A DNA stretch of 64,000 nt, taken from positions 16,638 to 80,637 of the forward strand of contig JBAZKE010000002.1 in assembly GCA_041650915.1 (NCBI GenBank), given 5' to 3'. A model generated the notes under the pieces. The model was not told the DNA's origin, made no database searches, and saw only the letters and a program-made list of their open reading frames with translations. The first letter of the stretch is position 1. Each line of letters begins with the position of its first letter. Positions 61,897 to 64,000 of the stretch are shown piece by piece. A program made the position numbers and the translations under genes. This stretch comes from Patescibacteria group bacterium (GTDB lineage Bacteria > Patescibacteriota > Patescibacteriia > UBA10025 > JAHIVO01).

Positions 61897-62466
61897 CTAT
61901 AACGCTTTCTTGACGATTGGTGCCATCGGACGTGCCGGCGGCATGATCCGACGGACGCGCCGCCGAATGGTGCCGAGGAGGTACTTGCGCCTGTTCTCCG
62001 AGAGGTCGGTGAACTTGTCCGCATGCTGTATGAGCTGTGATGAAGCGGATTCCGAAAAGGTCAAAACCTCCACGTACTGCCCGTGGTTCTTGAGGTACTC
62101 GACGAGCTGTATGAAATCTCCGTCACCCGTAACGAGCACGACGACGTCAAGCTTGGTTGAGAGGCGGATTGCATCCATCGCAATGCCGATATCCCAGTCG
62201 CCCTTCTTGTTGCCGCCGTAGAATACCTGCAAGTCTTTCATCTTGACCTCAAAACCCTGCTTGCCGAGCGCCTCGAAAAACTTCTGCTCATCGACGTTGT
62301 CTGCCTTGATGACGTACGCCAAAGCGCGGATAAGCTTCCTGCCGTCCACGGCCGTCTTGAGCACCTCCCCAAAATTCACCTTCGTCTGGTACAGATTCTT
62401 TGCGGAGTAATAGAGGTTTTGGACGTCGACGAATACTCCGACCCGCTGGTCCGCGAAGTTTATCAT
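61897..62466 (-). CDS. NYN-domain (LabA-like, PIN-fold) putative RNase inserted between rpsO and pnp
   Basis: VGVFVDVQNLYYS ... DVVVLVTGDGDF is the NYN signature. Confidence 0.6.
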   Translation of the reverse strand: MINFADQRVGVFVDVQNLYYSAKNLYQTKVNFGEVLKTAVDGRKLIRALAYVIKADNVDEQKFFEALGKQGFEVKMKDLQVFYGGNKKGDWDIGIAMDAIRLSTKLDVVVLVTGDGDFIQLVEYLKNHGQYVEVLTFSESASSQLIQHADKFTDLSENRRKYLLGTIRRRVRRIMPPARPMAPIVKKAL

Positions 62467-62732
62467 TACTTTTTGAGCTTAAGATTTTTAATGAGGTCCT
62501 CGTAGCTCTTTGCGTTCTCGCGTTCGAGGTAACGCAAAAGGCGGCGCCGCAACCCTACCTTGTGCAGGAGGCCTCGCCTCGATGAAAAATCTTTCTTATG
62601 GTCCTTGAGGTGCGACGTCAGCCGCTTGATCTCCTCGGTGAGGATCGCAATCTGGACCTCGGAAGAGCCCGTATCAGACGCATGCGTCTTGTACTTCTCG
62701 ATGAGCTTATCCTTCTCTTTTTTGGTTAACAT
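62466..62732 (-). CDS. rpsO: 30S ribosomal protein S15
   Basis: TGSSEVQIAILTEEIKRLTSHLKDHKKDFSSRRGLLHKVGLRRRLLRYL. Confidence 0.9.
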   Translation of the reverse strand: MLTKKEKDKLIEKYKTHASDTGSSEVQIAILTEEIKRLTSHLKDHKKDFSSRRGLLHKVGLRRRLLRYLERENAKSYEDLIKNLKLKK

Positions 62733-62852
62733 CGCGTGCTTCCTTTCGTCCGCGGAAACCTAGTTTTTGGCTAACCACTCCAAAAAACCAAGAATCCGTA
62801 GGTTAGTTATAGTGCCTGTATTATACGGACTTCTACGGCAATGTCAAGGCAA

Positions 62853-62887
62853 AACGGCGCAAAACAAAACCCACCGGATGGTGGGTT
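62853..62887 (-). terminator. Rho-independent terminator following the small minus-strand ORF
   Basis: Minus-strand AACCCACCATCCGGTGGGTT followed by TTGTTTTG. Confidence 0.45.
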
Positions 62888-62923
62888 ATCGTGAGCACGT
62901 GAGTGCAGGATGCTGGCGTTAGC

Positions 62924-63070
62924 TCACGCCGTCAACGATCTGTACATTGCCAACAAGGCATGTGGGATGAACATAAAATCGCCTCGGATGGTCGCGTATC
63001 CTCCGGCAATGGCGAGCCATACCATCAGTATGAAAAAACCCGCCGCATTGCGTCCAACAGTCACTGCCAT
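62924..63070 (-). CDS. Small hydrophobic protein (48 aa) with a strong SD; below the 60-aa ORF track threshold
   Basis: Manual translation gives MAVTVGRNAAGFFILMVWLAIAGGYATIRGDFMFIPHALLAMYRSLTA. A GGAGGA SD lies 7 nt upstream and a terminator lies directly downstream. Confidence 0.4.
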   Translation of the reverse strand: MAVTVGRNAAGFFILMVWLAIAGGYATIRGDFMFIPHALLAMYRSLTA

Positions 63071-63266
63071 TTGAAATCCTCCAATCTATATGAGATGAAC
63101 AATGTCGGTTTATTCCTCTACACTACAGCGTATGCGCATAGTCCGTCAACCGCTTTGACCTAACCTATGATGCGTCGTAAAATGAAGCTGCTGCCATAGA
63201 ATAACAACTTCACTCCGAGCAAGCGTGGGGGACCAAGCCGCTCTTACCCGGAATAAAGCATACCCG

Positions 63267-64000
63267 ATGCTTATGCCTACAATACACCAGCTCTTGCAGT
63301 CATACCGTAGCTACCTTTCGCGCAAAGGCGCTGGCAAGGACACGGTTAGCAACTATTTATTTTACCTGGCGCGTTTTGTCAAGCACGCGAACGTACGCGG
63401 GCTGGAGGATATAACGAGCTCCGCAATCGGCAATTTCCGTTCGGACCTTTCGCGGCTCCGCAACAGGCGCGGAGGGGTCATGAAGCAATCGACGCAGAAC
63501 TGCCACCTCATCGCGCTGCGCTCATTTATCGAGTACCTGCGCCGGGAGCATGGAATGCCGCTTGATTGCGGCAGCATCACGCTCAAGAAAACCGGTGGGG
63601 CGAAAAAACAGCCGCTCGAGAAAACCGACCTCGAGCGCCTGCTCGAGGCGCCGATGCAAGCAAAAAAAACCAGTGCCATCCACCGGCGTGACCGCGCGCT
63701 GCTCGAGCTGCTCTTCACGTCAGGCCTCAAGGTGTCCGAGATATCGAAGCTTTCGAAAAACGACATGGGCCAAGGAGGGGATACCATCGCCATCCGGGGA
63801 ACGGGCGGCAGAGTGCGGGGAGTTCCGCTGACACACCAGGCACACTACTGGATCAAAGAGTACCTTACGGTGAGAACTGACCGCTTTCCGGCGCTCTTTC
63901 TGCGGCACGACCGGGCACGGCAGCGGCAGCTCGACTCCATCGAAAAAAACGCATACCGGCTTACTCCCCGGACCATTCAACGGATTATAAAAAAGTATGC
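63267..64000 (+). CDS. Tyrosine site-specific recombinase (XerC/XerD/integrase family), 5' portion; runs off the window end
   Basis: Open frame with no stop to base 64000. It is absent from the ORF track because there is no stop in the window. N-terminal SAM-like core-binding domain (LSRKGAGKDTVSNYLFYL) and the start of the catalytic domain (HRRDRALLELLFTSGLKVSEI). Confidence 0.7.
   Translation, partial: MLMPTIHQLLQSYRSYLSRKGAGKDTVSNYLFYLARFVKHANVRGLEDITSSAIGNFRSDLSRLRNRRGGVMKQSTQNCHLIALRSFIEYLRREHGMPLDCGSITLKKTGGAKKQPLEKTDLERLLEAPMQAKKTSAIHRRDRALLELLFTSGLKVSEISKLSKNDMGQGGDTIAIRGTGGRVRGVPLTHQAHYWIKEYLTVRTDRFPALFLRHDRARQRQLDSIEKNAYRLTPRTIQRIIKKY

Overview
The window is a 64 kb bacterial chromosomal segment with about 55% GC. 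Its 16S rRNA and gene content resemble an uncultivated, possibly Patescibacteria/CPR-like bacterium, but I could not determine the lineage without a search. Most of it is housekeeping genes: infB (3' end), rbfA, a DHH phosphoesterase, clpP, rny-ymdB, HU, ftsH, rpsA, gyrA, rpmF, nusB, rnc, a full pyrimidine operon (pyrB-pyrI-pyrD-pyrK-pyrC-pyrE-pyrF plus an OTC-like transcarbamylase), smc, rpsP, a KH protein, trmD, a 16S rRNA with no 23S downstream, many tRNAs, tig, nfo, an H+-pyrophosphatase, nusA, rnhB, cmk, pnp, rpsO and a partial xerC/D-like recombinase. The accessory-looking part lies between roughly 33.1 and 44.4 kb and is punctuated by tRNA genes. It holds a tRNA-derived repeat array, a MazG-like protein, NUDIX, a permease, a nitroreductase, an alkyltransferase-like protein, a membrane-anchored glycoside-hydrolase-like protein and a 3D-domain protein. 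Its most interesting content is a two-gene module: a protein with a 7-TM C-terminus and an N-terminal extracellular domain (inactive-transglutaminase/7TM architecture inferred from topology and recalled literature) next to a single 780-aa protein that fuses a RimK-like ATP-grasp to a C-terminal domain carrying HExxH and a QEGLA-like motif. This looks like a poorly characterised peptide-ligase system, here in a fused form. Other points worth a second look are a 650-nt ORF-free region bounded by a promoter-like motif and a terminator-like hairpin (candidate large ncRNA), tRNA genes flanked by half-tRNA fragments, an attenuator-like terminator in the pyrBI leader, a short SMC with an acidic tandem duplication, a lipid-gene cluster with an archaeal-type CarS-like gene, a pseudo-receiver domain protein and a small hydrophobic peptide gene that has its own SD and terminator.
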